Source: Candidatus Nomurabacteria bacterium (GTDB lineage: Bacteria; Patescibacteriota; Minisyncoccia; Phycocordibacterales; UBA5272). From it: DNA of 64,000 nt. The stretch is from assembly GCA_037130925.1 (NCBI GenBank), contig JBAXSC010000002.1, positions 25,185 to 89,184 on the forward strand, in the 5' to 3' direction. Below, piece after piece: positions 18,943 through 28,588 of this stretch (position 1 is the first letter of the stretch; each line of letters begins with the position of its first letter). Both the position numbers and the translations under genes were made by a program. The notes beneath the pieces were generated by a model that saw only the letters and a program-made list of their open reading frames with translations, had not been told where the DNA came from and did not search any database.

Positions 18943-19350
18943 TTAAGCCACTTCAGCTTCTTGCTTTGGGACAACACGAAGATTTGTTATTGAAGGATTT
19001 TTGTCCTTCACTTCATCTTTAACAATCTCAATTTGAAGAGGATCTTCATCCTCCTCAGAATTATCTTTAGAATTATTTTCTTCTTCGAAAGAATCTTCAG
19101 TAAATAACTCTTTTAGATCATTACAATTTTTCCTAAAAGAATAATCTTGATAATTAGATCTTAAAGAGATCTTTTCTGCCTGTTTAGCATTTACCATCTT
19201 TTCATTAAATGCCAGCTTCAATTCTTTTAGAATTAATTGTAGAAAAGGACTTCCTTTTCTAGCTTGTTCTAGAAACAAATTGGTTAATGCTTCCAAATTG
19301 GCGTGGCACGATTCTATGCGCGCGCCTAACACATTTTCTCTTAAATACAT
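18943..19350 (-). CDS. Hypothetical protein (135 aa) with an acidic C-terminal half
   Basis: An ORF with its own terminator. I recognise no family. Confidence 0.45.
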   Translation of the reverse strand: MYLRENVLGARIESCHANLEALTNLFLEQARKGSPFLQLILKELKLAFNEKMVNAKQAEKISLRSNYQDYSFRKNCNDLKELFTEDSFEEENNSKDNSEEDEDPLQIEIVKDEVKDKNPSITNLRVVPKQEAEVA

Positions 19351-19432
19351 CTTAATAATTTAATTGGTTATAAATAAACGAACGAAAAACGAACTGATAT
19401 TATACACTAATAAATTTTTATTGTCAAAGATA

Positions 19433-19837
19433 TTATTTTACTGATGATGTTGAGTATTCTCTATTTGAAATAGAGAATGAAGCTGTAGTATAAATATCTT
19501 GAGTTGAAGTACTATTTTCTGGAGCTTTATTTTTTACAACAGAAACAACTTCACTAATATTGTTTTTCATTTCTGAAAATTGAGATCCTGTATCTTTAAA
19601 AAATTGAGAAAAAGAAGCAAGAGGAGAAACTACCCCATTTGAATTATTTCTTGTAGTAGTAGAATCTTGTTGACTGCCATAATTAGAAAAATTAAAAAGA
19701 TTATCTTTTAATAAAACAAATGCTATTGATAAAATAATTACAGAAAGTATTATGGAAATAGTTAAAGCAGATCTATGTCTCGTAGACTCATCACTCTTTC
19801 TCATACGATTAAGATAATTCGTTATAAAATTAGACAT
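19433..19837 (-). CDS. Hypothetical single-pass membrane protein (134 aa)
   Basis: TM helix ALTISIILSVIILSIAFVLL followed by an S/T/N-rich region. Confidence 0.5.
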   Translation of the reverse strand: MSNFITNYLNRMRKSDESTRHRSALTISIILSVIILSIAFVLLKDNLFNFSNYGSQQDSTTTRNNSNGVVSPLASFSQFFKDTGSQFSEMKNNISEVVSVVKNKAPENSTSTQDIYTTASFSISNREYSTSSVK

Positions 19838-19881
19838 AAAAATAGTATAGCTTAATAAATTAATTATACTATAAAAATCTA

Positions 19882-20529
19882 TTAGATATTAAATACTACC
19901 ACTTCCCCTTGTTTTCCTTCTATATCTTTTCTTTTAATTGTAAGTTTATCGACTTTTTCTACTTTAGAAATATCTGTACCAGATTCTTTTAAGAAAAGTT
20001 TTAATGAATTATCATCATAATCCATAGGAATAACCAACTTAGGCTCTAATTTTGTAGCTAGTTTATTTGCATCATATGCATTTAGGATTTCCTCTGTACT
20101 TGAAACAGGCACAAATAATATATCTACCTCATCTATGATTTCTTTCTGCTCAGGAGTAAGATCTTCTTTCAAACATCCAAGAAAACAAATTTTCATATTA
20201 TCGATATTCATCACATAACTCGTGTTTTGTAATTTTGTTTTTTCTTTTGATTTTTTATTTAAAGACAAATCAACAAAAGATCCGAATGCTTTTATGAAAA
20301 TATCTTGAACTTCATATTCTCCAGGAGATGAAATTACAAATGGAGTTTTATCACCAAAACCTATAAGTTCACTTCCGTTATAGTCAGGAGTGTTTGTTGT
20401 TATAAATACTACATCAGCACCATATTTGTTTGTGCTAGAATCTGAGTCTTTTGATACAGGATTAAAAGAGAAACTTAAATCCCCTAACTGAATTTTGAAG
20501 TGTTGTTTGTTGAAATGAGTGATAATCAT
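19882..20529 (-). CDS. Hypothetical protein, possibly MBL-fold-like with the metal motif lost
   Basis: 215 aa. The layout resembles UPF0173/Lactamase_B-type hydrolases (MIITHF..., GADVVFITTNTPDYNG where H-x-H-x-D-H would be expected). This is a weak recognition from memory. Confidence 0.35.
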   Translation of the reverse strand: MIITHFNKQHFKIQLGDLSFSFNPVSKDSDSSTNKYGADVVFITTNTPDYNGSELIGFGDKTPFVISSPGEYEVQDIFIKAFGSFVDLSLNKKSKEKTKLQNTSYVMNIDNMKICFLGCLKEDLTPEQKEIIDEVDILFVPVSSTEEILNAYDANKLATKLEPKLVIPMDYDDNSLKLFLKESGTDISKVEKVDKLTIKRKDIEGKQGEVVVFNI

Positions 20530-20643
20530 AAATTTATTATTAAATTGATTTTAGCATTTTTTGAAAGAAAATAAAAACTCATTTTTATTTTAAAAATAAA
20601 AAAGCCAAGTCAAAATTTGAAACGGCTTTTTTCTTTTAATTCC

Positions 20644-22593
20644 TTATTTTTTTATTTCAATTCCAAACAAAGTTAAAATCTTTTCAAATTCTTCTCTTTC
20701 AATATTTTCTTTTACCATTAATTCTTTTGTAATATATTCGAGAATATTTCTTTTTTCTTTTACAATTTTTTTTGCAGTAGCAAGACCTTCTTCACAAATC
20801 TTTTTTATTTCTTCATCTACTTTATCGGCAAGATTTTGACCAATAATATTTTTTGAATCAGATAGATTTCCATAAACAACTTTTTTCTCGTCACTCTCAA
20901 TTGCAAAATGACCGACAACTTCACTCATTCCATATTTCATCACCATATCGCGAGCAATTGATGTGACCATTTGTAAATCTCCGGAAGGACCAGTTGATAC
21001 ATCACCATAAACTTCTACTTCTGCTGCATATCCTCCATACGCCATAGCAATATCATCTATAAAAGATTTTCTTGTTAGAAGTCTTCTATCATCAAGTGGA
21101 AGCTTTAATGTGTATCCTCCAGCATTACCACGAGAGATAATGGAAATCTTATGTACAGGATCAGCGTTTTCTAAAAGAGAAGCGACGAGCGCATGACCAG
21201 CCTCATGATAAGCTGTCTTTTCTTTTTCTTTATCAGAAAGCAAATGTGTTTTTCTTTCTGGACCCATCATAACTTTTTCAATACTTCTAATAAGATCAAA
21301 TTGAGCTACAGTTTTTCTTCCTTCTCTTGCAGCAAGTATCGCTCCCTCATTCATAACAGATGCAAGATCAGCTCCAGAAAATCCAGGAGTTCTCTCAGCA
21401 ATTACTTTTAGATTTACATCTTCAGCTAAAGGTTTTTCTTTTTTGTGAACATTTAAAATGTCTTCACGGGATTCTCTGTCAGGCAAATCAATCATTACTC
21501 TTCTATCAAATCTTCCAGGTCTCAAAAGAGCTTTATCAAGTACATCTGGTCTATTTGTCGCAGCTATCACAATTAATTTTTCATTTGGCTCAAATCCATC
21601 CATCTCCACAAGGATTTGATTTAAAGTTTGTTCTCTTTCATCGTTTCCTCCTCCGAGTCCAACCCCTCTTGCTCTACCAACAGCATCTATTTCATCAATG
21701 AAAATAATTGATGGAGAATTTAATTTTGCTTCTTTAAAAAGATCACGCACACGAGATGCTCCAACTCCGACAAACATTTCTACGAATTCACTTCCAGATA
21801 AATGATAAAAAGGTACACCTGCCTCGCCTGCTACAGCTCTCGCAAGTAAAGTTTTCCCTGTTCCTGGTGCACCCATAAGTAAAAGTCCTTTTGGAATTTT
21901 TGCTCCAATATCAAGAAACTTTTTTGGACTTTTCAAAAAATCTACAACTTCTTCCAGTTCTTGTTTGGCTTCTTTTGCTCCAGCCACATCTTTAAATGTA
22001 ATTTTTTGTTTCTCGTCATTTGGGTCAATTAATTTTGCACGAGTTTGTCCAAAAGAAAGAGCTTGCATATTTGCACCTTTTACTCCACGAAGTAGCATCC
22101 AAAGCATTACTCCTAAAAATATTATAGGTAATAAAAATGGTAATACGTCAGACCAAAAATTAAATCCTGAATTATCTTCAATTTTAATATTTAGATTATT
22201 AATACTTGTTGTAGCAACTCCATAATTTTTAAGAACACTCAAAAGACTCTCGCCTGTTTCTTTTTGTGCAACAAGTAAAGTATTTGTTCCATCTTCTAGA
22301 GAAACTTTATCTCCAGAAACTAAAATATTTTTTTGAGTTGAGCTTGCAGTAGTAGAAGAATTATTTAAATTATTTTCTTGTAAATTAATTTTCTTAACTA
22401 TTTCATTCATTGTTACCGAGATTTCTTTTCTTCCTTCAGTATGATTTACATATTTATTTAAGACAATATAAAGAGATACTATTAATACAAAAAATATAAC
22501 AACATTAAATAATTGCCAAAAAATATTTTTTGGTTTCTTATTTTTATTGTCTTTTTGATCAGTTTTAACTTTTTTAATTTTGATTTTTATCAT
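20644..22593 (-). CDS. ftsH: ATP-dependent zinc metalloprotease FtsH
   Basis: 649 aa. Walker A GAPGTGKT, Walker [12 protein letters not shown] region, and zinc motif HEAGHA. Confidence 0.97.
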   Translation of the reverse strand: MIKIKIKKVKTDQKDNKNKKPKNIFWQLFNVVIFFVLIVSLYIVLNKYVNHTEGRKEISVTMNEIVKKINLQENNLNNSSTTASSTQKNILVSGDKVSLEDGTNTLLVAQKETGESLLSVLKNYGVATTSINNLNIKIEDNSGFNFWSDVLPFLLPIIFLGVMLWMLLRGVKGANMQALSFGQTRAKLIDPNDEKQKITFKDVAGAKEAKQELEEVVDFLKSPKKFLDIGAKIPKGLLLMGAPGTGKTLLARAVAGEAGVPFYHLSGSEFVEMFVGVGASRVRDLFKEAKLNSPSIIFIDEIDAVGRARGVGLGGGNDEREQTLNQILVEMDGFEPNEKLIVIAATNRPDVLDKALLRPGRFDRRVMIDLPDRESREDILNVHKKEKPLAEDVNLKVIAERTPGFSGADLASVMNEGAILAAREGRKTVAQFDLIRSIEKVMMGPERKTHLLSDKEKEKTAYHEAGHALVASLLENADPVHKISIISRGNAGGYTLKLPLDDRRLLTRKSFIDDIAMAYGGYAAEVEVYGDVSTGPSGDLQMVTSIARDMVMKYGMSEVVGHFAIESDEKKVVYGNLSDSKNIIGQNLADKVDEEIKKICEEGLATAKKIVKEKRNILEYITKELMVKENIEREEFEKILTLFGIEIKK

Positions 22594-22634
22594 AATTTAG
22601 AATTAATTTTATATGGAGAAATATTAACACAAAT

Positions 22635-23216
22635 ATGCTAAAATTAAAACAAAATAAATTTATGAAAACAATTCCTAAAAATATAAAATTAGAAACAAAA
22701 AGACTTGTATTAAAGCCTCTTTGGAATACAAATCCTAAAACAATGCAAAAACAAGCTAACAATTTTACTATTGCTAATTTTATTGGACCTGATTTTCATC
22801 ATCCATACAAATTAAAAAATGCTACAGGATTCATACAATCATCAAAAGATAACTGGAATAAAAAAGGCAAAGAGTGGGTATTTGCTATTTTCACAAAAGA
22901 AAACAATATTTATATAGGAAATATAGGAATTAAATATGATGAAATAAATAATACAATTTCTAATTTAGGATATTGGATAGGAGAAGATTTTTGGGGAAAC
23001 GGATACATGTCAGAAGCAGTAGAAGAAATTTGTAAATATTCTTTTAAAATTTTAAAGGTTAGAAAAATAATAGCTAAAGTATTTTCACCAAATAAAGCTA
23101 GTCAAAAAGTACTAATAAAATCTGGTTTTGAAATTGAAGGAATATTAAAAAAATCACATATCTTAAAAGATAAAAAAATAGTTGATGAAATAGTATTTGG
23201 TAAATTTTCAAAATAA
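22635..23216 (+). CDS. GNAT family N-acetyltransferase (RimJ/RimL-like)
   Basis: LETKRLVLKPL..., YWIGEDFWGNGYMSEA..., and the ending pattern. The start may instead be the ATG at 22662. Confidence 0.7.
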   Translation: MLKLKQNKFMKTIPKNIKLETKRLVLKPLWNTNPKTMQKQANNFTIANFIGPDFHHPYKLKNATGFIQSSKDNWNKKGKEWVFAIFTKENNIYIGNIGIKYDEINNTISNLGYWIGEDFWGNGYMSEAVEEICKYSFKILKVRKIIAKVFSPNKASQKVLIKSGFEIEGILKKSHILKDKKIVDEIVFGKFSK

Positions 23217-23218
23217 TT

Positions 23219-23647
23219 ATGTCCTTAGTAGAAAATAAAAAACTTCATTTGAATTATGAAATCAAAGAAAGAATCGAGGCTGGTATCGAGCTTGTTGGTA
23301 ATGAAGTAAAATCAATTCGCTCTTCACAAGCTCAGATCGATGGAGCAAAAATCATAATTCGTGGTGGCGAAGCTTTTATTGTTGGAATGAATGTCTCAAC
23401 TTATCAAAATACTGAAGATAAAATTTTCGTCGCCGATCGTACTCGTAAACTTTTAATTAAAAAATCTGAAATTTTGAAACTTGCAACAGAAAGTGAAAAA
23501 GGATTAAATCTCCTCCCTGTAAAAATTTACAATTCTCACGGATTATTAAAATTAGAAATTGGGGTCTGTAAAAGAAAAAATAAACAAGATAAAAGAGAAA
23601 CTATTAAAGCAAAAGAATTTAAAAGAGAAAAGAAAAGTATTTTATAA
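23219..23647 (+). CDS. smpB: SsrA-binding protein SmpB
   Basis: 142 aa. NKKLHLNYEI.ERIEAGIELVGNEVKSIR... plus a basic C-terminal tail. Confidence 0.9.
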   Translation: MSLVENKKLHLNYEIKERIEAGIELVGNEVKSIRSSQAQIDGAKIIIRGGEAFIVGMNVSTYQNTEDKIFVADRTRKLLIKKSEILKLATESEKGLNLLPVKIYNSHGLLKLEIGVCKRKNKQDKRETIKAKEFKREKKSIL

Positions 23648-23651
23648 AGAA

Positions 23652-24227
23652 CTATTTTCTTCTGTAATAAATAACAGCAGCACATACGCCATTTGTAATA
23701 ACTAGACTTATTAAATAAAATGAAGTAGTAAAACTAAAGTATGATAAAGCTCCTAAACCTAAAAAACTTGATAGAGAGCTAAAAAAATAATTTGAAAGAG
23801 TTTCCGATTCTGGTTCTTCATAAGATTTTCTTATTGTCGGCAAAAATCCGATAAAATCTGTAACAGTTACAGCAATGACAGACCAAAATGAATCATTAAG
23901 AATAAAATAAATAAAAACTGCTATCAAAGCACCAACAAGACAAATCTTATCAAAAGTTTTTATATTATTCGTTCCATAAAAAAATGAAAGAATAAAAACA
24001 AAAAGACACAATACAGAACCTAAAGCCAGAGATATTACTCCGAACTTTGCCCCTGCGTTTAACATAGCCAAAACTCCAACAGTCTGAAGAATTGTCCATA
24101 TAAACCAGGTGTATAAATGTGGTTTTGTTTTACCTTTAAAAATATCTTTTATATATGGGACAAAACAATAAATACCTATAATAGAAGATAAGACTGTAAA
24201 TAAAATTTGATAATTTGTATTAAACAT
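23652..24227 (-). CDS. Hypothetical polytopic membrane protein (191 aa, ~6 TM)
   Basis: Hydrophobic helices throughout. No family assigned. Confidence 0.5.
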   Translation of the reverse strand: MFNTNYQILFTVLSSIIGIYCFVPYIKDIFKGKTKPHLYTWFIWTILQTVGVLAMLNAGAKFGVISLALGSVLCLFVFILSFFYGTNNIKTFDKICLVGALIAVFIYFILNDSFWSVIAVTVTDFIGFLPTIRKSYEEPESETLSNYFFSSLSSFLGLGALSYFSFTTSFYLISLVITNGVCAAVIYYRRK

Positions 24228-24271
24228 ATAACAATATTAGCATATACTTTGAAATGATATAATAAAAATAT

Positions 24272-24730
24272 ATGACAAATACTAATATAGATTTATCTTT
24301 AAATGTTGGGGAAGATGATTTAAATATAAGAGTGGCTATACTAATAAAAACAAAAAATGGATACATTTTAGAAAAAAATGAAAAATTTTCATATTATTTT
24401 TTAGTAGGAGGTAGAATAAAAATAAATGAAACCTCATCAGAGGTTACGAAAAGAGAGATAAAAGAAGAAATAGATTTAGATATTAATGAAGAAGATCTTG
24501 AATTTAAAAGTATAATAGAAAACTTTTTTACTTATGAAATTGGAAATGTAAAAACTCATGAAATATGTTTTTTGTATGAACTTAAAAAAGAATTAGAAAA
24601 TATAAATTTAAAAAATAATTTTGTTGAATATACTCTGAAAGAAATAAAAAATCTTGAAATAAGACCAACAATATTACAAAAACTTTTACTTGAAGAAAAA
24701 ATGCCGACTCATGTAATACATAAAGTGTAA
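24272..24730 (+). CDS. NUDIX hydrolase
   Basis: Nudix-box-like GGRIKINETSSEVTKREIKEEIDL. A TGATATAAT promoter lies at 24255..24263. Confidence 0.65.
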   Translation: MTNTNIDLSLNVGEDDLNIRVAILIKTKNGYILEKNEKFSYYFLVGGRIKINETSSEVTKREIKEEIDLDINEEDLEFKSIIENFFTYEIGNVKTHEICFLYELKKELENINLKNNFVEYTLKEIKNLEIRPTILQKLLLEEKMPTHVIHKV

Positions 24731-24738
24731 AATAATTT

Positions 24739-25275
24739 TTATTTTTTCCAATTTAAAAATCCTTTTACTACAAAATATTGAGAAATGACCAAAGCTGCAA
24801 AAGTTATAAATGTCCCCGTCTTCCAAAATTCTATCATCATTAAAATTTGCCCAATAGATATAAATATCCAAGTTAATCTATTTTTATTTTTCAGAAAATA
24901 AACTGATATTATGAAAGAAAGTACAGCGAAATATTCTATTGTTAATCCAAATTTATAAAATAAAAATATTAAAACTAAAAATAAAATACTGTTAGAAATA
25001 ATGTCTAATATTTTTTTGCTTTTATTTTCCCAAATATATTTTGAAAAAATAGAAACCATAGCAATCCAAAATTCATAAAAAGCAAAAGAGTATAATCCTT
25101 GTATTAGACAAATAAGAGAAACTATAATACTGTCTAAAAAGACAATATACCAATATTTACTATTATTTTTATTTTTAGAAAAAAGAAATTTCCATCCTAT
25201 ATTTGTCACAAAAGATATCGATTGAAGAATTATAAGTATAGAAGTCATAAATGTATTAATAATATCACAAAACAA
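24739..25275 (-). CDS. Polytopic membrane protein, possibly PnuC-like nicotinamide riboside transporter
   Basis: 178 aa. Helix/Trp spacing (GWKFLFSK..., GLYSFAFYEFWIAMVSIFSKYIW) is reminiscent of PnuC. The assignment is weak. Confidence 0.35.
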   Translation of the reverse strand: MFCDIINTFMTSILIILQSISFVTNIGWKFLFSKNKNNSKYWYIVFLDSIIVSLICLIQGLYSFAFYEFWIAMVSIFSKYIWENKSKKILDIISNSILFLVLIFLFYKFGLTIEYFAVLSFIISVYFLKNKNRLTWIFISIGQILMMIEFWKTGTFITFAALVISQYFVVKGFLNWKK

Positions 25276-25314
25276 AAACCACCTATTAAAGATGGTTTTT
25301 GTTTTTTAGAATTA

Positions 25315-26838
25315 TTATTCTACAAAAGTTAAAGCTTTTCCTATTTTTCCAGCACGTCCTGTTCTACCAATTCTATGAATATAATCTTCATATGTTGAAG
25401 GTAAATCATAATTTATAACATGAGAAACATTTGGAATATCAAGCCCTCTCGCAGCCACGTCAGTCGCGATTAGAACTTGAGCATTATTTTCTTTAAAAGA
25501 TTTAAGAGCAAAATTTCTTTCTCTTGGTCTTTTATCACCATGAATAGCTATGACACCATGTCCTAATTCTTTTAATTGCTTTTGAATTCTATCAACACCA
25601 GATTTTGTTTTTCCGAAAATAATAACTTTCTCAAATTCTGGATTTAAAAGTAATTCATGTAAGACATTCATTTTTTCTTTTCCGATTGTATAGATCACAT
25701 CTTGATCAATTGATTCTGCAGTATCTCTTGTTTTTACATAAATAGAAACTGGATCAACTAAATATTGTTTGATGATTCCATTCACAGTTGGAGAAACAGT
25801 CGCTGAAAAGAAAATTGTTTGATGACCTTTTGGCATTTCATTCATCAAGAATTTCATATCATCTACGAACCCCATGTCGAGCATTCTATCTGATTCATCA
25901 AGAACAATAGTATTGAATTCTTTGATATTCAAAACCCCTCTATCGATAAGATCTTTCAATCTTCCAGGTGTACCAATCACAAAATTATGATCATATTTAA
26001 AATCTTTAATTTGATTAAAGATTGGCATACCACCTACAGCACAAATACTCCACATCTTTAAACCTTTAGAGAATTTTTTAAATTCATTATCGATCTGCAC
26101 CGCAAGCTCTCTTGTTGGAGCAAGAATGATAACCATTTCTTTTCTATTTTGTAATGCTTTATTAATTAATGGAATAAGAAAAGCTGCTGTTTTTCCTGTA
26201 CCTGTATTTGCAATACCAACAAGATCTTTTCCAGCTAAAATACTTAAAACAGATTTATCTTGAATCATTGTAGGATTCAAATATCCATTTTCTAAAATAT
26301 TATTTTTTAATTTTTCATCAATATTTAAACTAGCAAAAGAATTTTCTGGAATATATGTAGTCTCAGTATTTTTTACCTCTTTAACATTTGATTTATTTAT
26401 AAATTTTGAAATGTCGTTGAAGACAGAATTTTTTCTACCTCCACCTCTTCCGCCTCCTCTACCAAATCCCCCTCTAGAACTACCAGAAGATCTTCCTCCG
26501 AATGATCTTTTTTCTCCACTACCAAATCCACCAGATCTTTCTGATCTCTCAGGTCTTCCAAAAATAGATCTTGGTTTACTTTCAGAATTACTTCCAAAAC
26601 TATTTCCATAAGATTTTTTAGGAGCACTAGTAAAGCTTGCTCTACTATCTCTAGAATCTTCTCTTTTTACACGACTACCTCCGAAGCCATAAGAATCTTT
26701 TTTAACAAATTCTCTTTTCTTTTCCCCACCGAAAGATTTACTTCTTCTATCGTCTGTTTTTCTACCACCTTCTCTTTCACCGCCATCGCGACTAAAAGAT
26801 CTACCATTACTGGCTCTACCATTTGTTTTATTAAACAT
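25315..26838 (-). CDS. DEAD-box ATP-dependent RNA helicase with a ~150-aa N-terminal Arg/Gly/Ser-rich extension
   Basis: Motifs: Q-motif region, ANTGTGKT (I), PTRELA (Ia), DESD (II variant), SAT (III), HRIGRTGRAG (VI). The N-terminus is GG(R/S)-rich: GGRSSGSSRGGFGRGGGRGGGRK. Confidence 0.9.
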   Translation of the reverse strand: MFNKTNGRASNGRSFSRDGGEREGGRKTDDRRSKSFGGEKKREFVKKDSYGFGGSRVKREDSRDSRASFTSAPKKSYGNSFGSNSESKPRSIFGRPERSERSGGFGSGEKRSFGGRSSGSSRGGFGRGGGRGGGRKNSVFNDISKFINKSNVKEVKNTETTYIPENSFASLNIDEKLKNNILENGYLNPTMIQDKSVLSILAGKDLVGIANTGTGKTAAFLIPLINKALQNRKEMVIILAPTRELAVQIDNEFKKFSKGLKMWSICAVGGMPIFNQIKDFKYDHNFVIGTPGRLKDLIDRGVLNIKEFNTIVLDESDRMLDMGFVDDMKFLMNEMPKGHQTIFFSATVSPTVNGIIKQYLVDPVSIYVKTRDTAESIDQDVIYTIGKEKMNVLHELLLNPEFEKVIIFGKTKSGVDRIQKQLKELGHGVIAIHGDKRPRERNFALKSFKENNAQVLIATDVAARGLDIPNVSHVINYDLPSTYEDYIHRIGRTGRAGKIGKALTFVE

Positions 26839-27023
26839 ATTTTATTTTAGTCCTTTAGTTTTTAAAATTTAAGCCGGACTTTGATCTCTGCCATCCTTCA
26901 AGATCATAAATAAAATGATGTTTAGAGTTTCTTCAAATTAAGAAACTTAGAATAAAGAGATAAACTTATAAAAAGAGTATAATATACTTTAAATATTTTG
27001 TCAAATGCGATTTTAATACCCTA

Positions 27024-27518
27024 TTGACAATGAATCTTAATTATTCTAATATGTATTTGGTTCAAAAATTACTAACTATTAAATTTTTAAAAATGATCAT
27101 CTACGGATTTACAATCATTCTTCTAAGACACGATAACTTATTAAATGAAAAGTTATCTAAAAAAGAAAAAGAAAATATTCTTGACTTGTCAAAACAAGTC
27201 AGAGAAAAATATTTAAAACCAGAGCATAAAGTAGAATTACTTTGCAATGTATATTCTCCATTATTTCTACCAATATATGAAGATATAAAAACCAACTGTA
27301 AAGTTCTGTTATCTTTAACACAAGAGATTGATCCTATGTATCCTAAAGCTAGCTTTAGATATATTCAGGAAAGCATCTTGTCTTTCAAAAGAGATGTTCT
27401 TATTATTTTATGTCATGAAAAATTATTTAAATTAATGCTTCATAAACATAATCACAAATCAGAATCTTATTTGAAAGCCCTTATTATTAACAGAACAGAG
27501 ATTGAAGAAATAAAATAA
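27024..27518 (+). CDS. Hypothetical protein, possibly a degenerate histidine-phosphatase-fold protein. The true start is probably downstream (ATG 27051 or 27093).
   Basis: The TTG at 27024 coincides with a TTGACA-17-TAATAT promoter. The body reads IILLRHDNL...VYSPLFLPIYED...VLIILCHEKLFKLML. A terminator follows at ~27537..27570. Confidence 0.45.
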   Translation: MTMNLNYSNMYLVQKLLTIKFLKMIIYGFTIILLRHDNLLNEKLSKKEKENILDLSKQVREKYLKPEHKVELLCNVYSPLFLPIYEDIKTNCKVLLSLTQEIDPMYPKASFRYIQESILSFKRDVLIILCHEKLFKLMLHKHNHKSESYLKALIINRTEIEEIK

Positions 27519-27656
27519 TTGCTCTTAAAATTGGTAGAAGCGACTCTATAAAATGAGCCGCTTTTTTATTTGTTAATCACTATTGACTATAGTCATAAAT
27601 TATTATAGTATTAATTCGGCAATAAATAAATTAATTAACAAACAAATTCTTTTACA

Positions 27657-28091
27657 ATGGAAGAGAACTTATCTAAAGCAAAGGAAATACTAAACAAAAG
27701 TTTCCTTTTAAACGAACAAAGTAGAATCGAAGCTTTACAGAAAGGTGAAAAAGTTATGACAAGAGAAGACATGGAATTTTTAATGTCTTTTAAAATCAAT
27801 CTTTACCCCTTCAGAAGTTTCGGCAGACTCCATGAAGTGACCAACTTCAACGATCAGGACCTAAAAGACATATTAGAAACTGAAAAGAAAAAATATTCCT
27901 TAATAGATTTTTCTGAGACTTACTTTTCTGAGGAAAATAAAAAAATATTAGAGGAAGAAAATTGTATCGTAGTCAACTTTAAAAAGCCTTTCCAAAAGTA
28001 CATAGTTTTCTTTTCAGAAGAGGCGTATATTAAATACCTGATACAACAATTCCAGGAATTAATATCTCATCTTGGTTCAGTTTTAGATTAA
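27657..28091 (+). CDS. Hypothetical protein (144 aa)
   Basis: ORF with an upstream TTGACT promoter-like sequence and a downstream hairpin terminator AAAAGATCAGAATATTCTGATCTTTTT (~28111..28140). Confidence 0.5.
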   Translation: MEENLSKAKEILNKSFLLNEQSRIEALQKGEKVMTREDMEFLMSFKINLYPFRSFGRLHEVTNFNDQDLKDILETEKKKYSLIDFSETYFSEENKKILEEENCIVVNFKKPFQKYIVFFSEEAYIKYLIQQFQELISHLGSVLD

Positions 28092-28192
28092 AACTAATTA
28101 ATCAGTTTTAAAAAGATCAGAATATTCTGATCTTTTTTTATTTGTTAATAACACTTGATAATATAAAAATAATATTGTAAAATATAACTATT

Positions 28193-28581
28193 GGGAGTGT
28201 CAGGATTCGACACCTAGTTATTTGTAAATGTGGTTTCCGATAATGAAAGTAAATCGTAAAAATCTTTCGCACACGCTGCAAACAATACAGCAAAGGCAAT
28301 CCCTTCACCATTCGTGGCGTTTGGATTCGCTCCAGTAGCCGCTTAATTTTTAAGCCGCTTTGGTGTCACCTCTCACTACATGACGTGAGAGATCTGATAA
28401 TATAGAGAACATGTGTAGAAAATTTTCTTTTTGTATTTCTGAAAATTTTTGAAATGTAAAAATACTAAGCTAAACAATTTTTCTTGTTTTATATGTTTAG
28501 ACGAAAATTAAAAAATGAGATATGAAACTAGAGTCATTTATGAGAACTATCTGCACGGGGGTTCAACTCCCCCCACTTCCA
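28193..28581 (+). ncRNA. ssrA: tmRNA (SsrA)
   Basis: The 5' end GGGAGTG pairs with the 3' end CACTTCC, giving a G3:U wobble (Ala identity), followed by discriminator A. T-arm: GGGGGTTCAACTCCCCC. The 5' end GGGAGTGTCAGGATTCGACA is typical. Tag ORF at 28275/28278..28346: (A)ANNTAKAIPSPFVAFGFAPVAA-stop. Promoter TTGATA-17-TAAAAT lies upstream. CCA is not encoded. Confidence 0.92.
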
Positions 28582-28588
28582 CAAAAGT

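Noticed and set aside
26397-26627. Track ORFs 26397..26627 (-) and 26411..26611 (+) with repetitive P/L/E-rich translations.
   Set aside because: They are shadow frames of the GG(R/S)-repeat region of the DEAD-box helicase gene.
27024-27052. The TTG start codon of track ORF 27024..27518.
   Set aside because: The TTG is part of a TTGACA-17-TAATAT promoter, so translation more likely begins at a downstream ATG (27051 or 27093).
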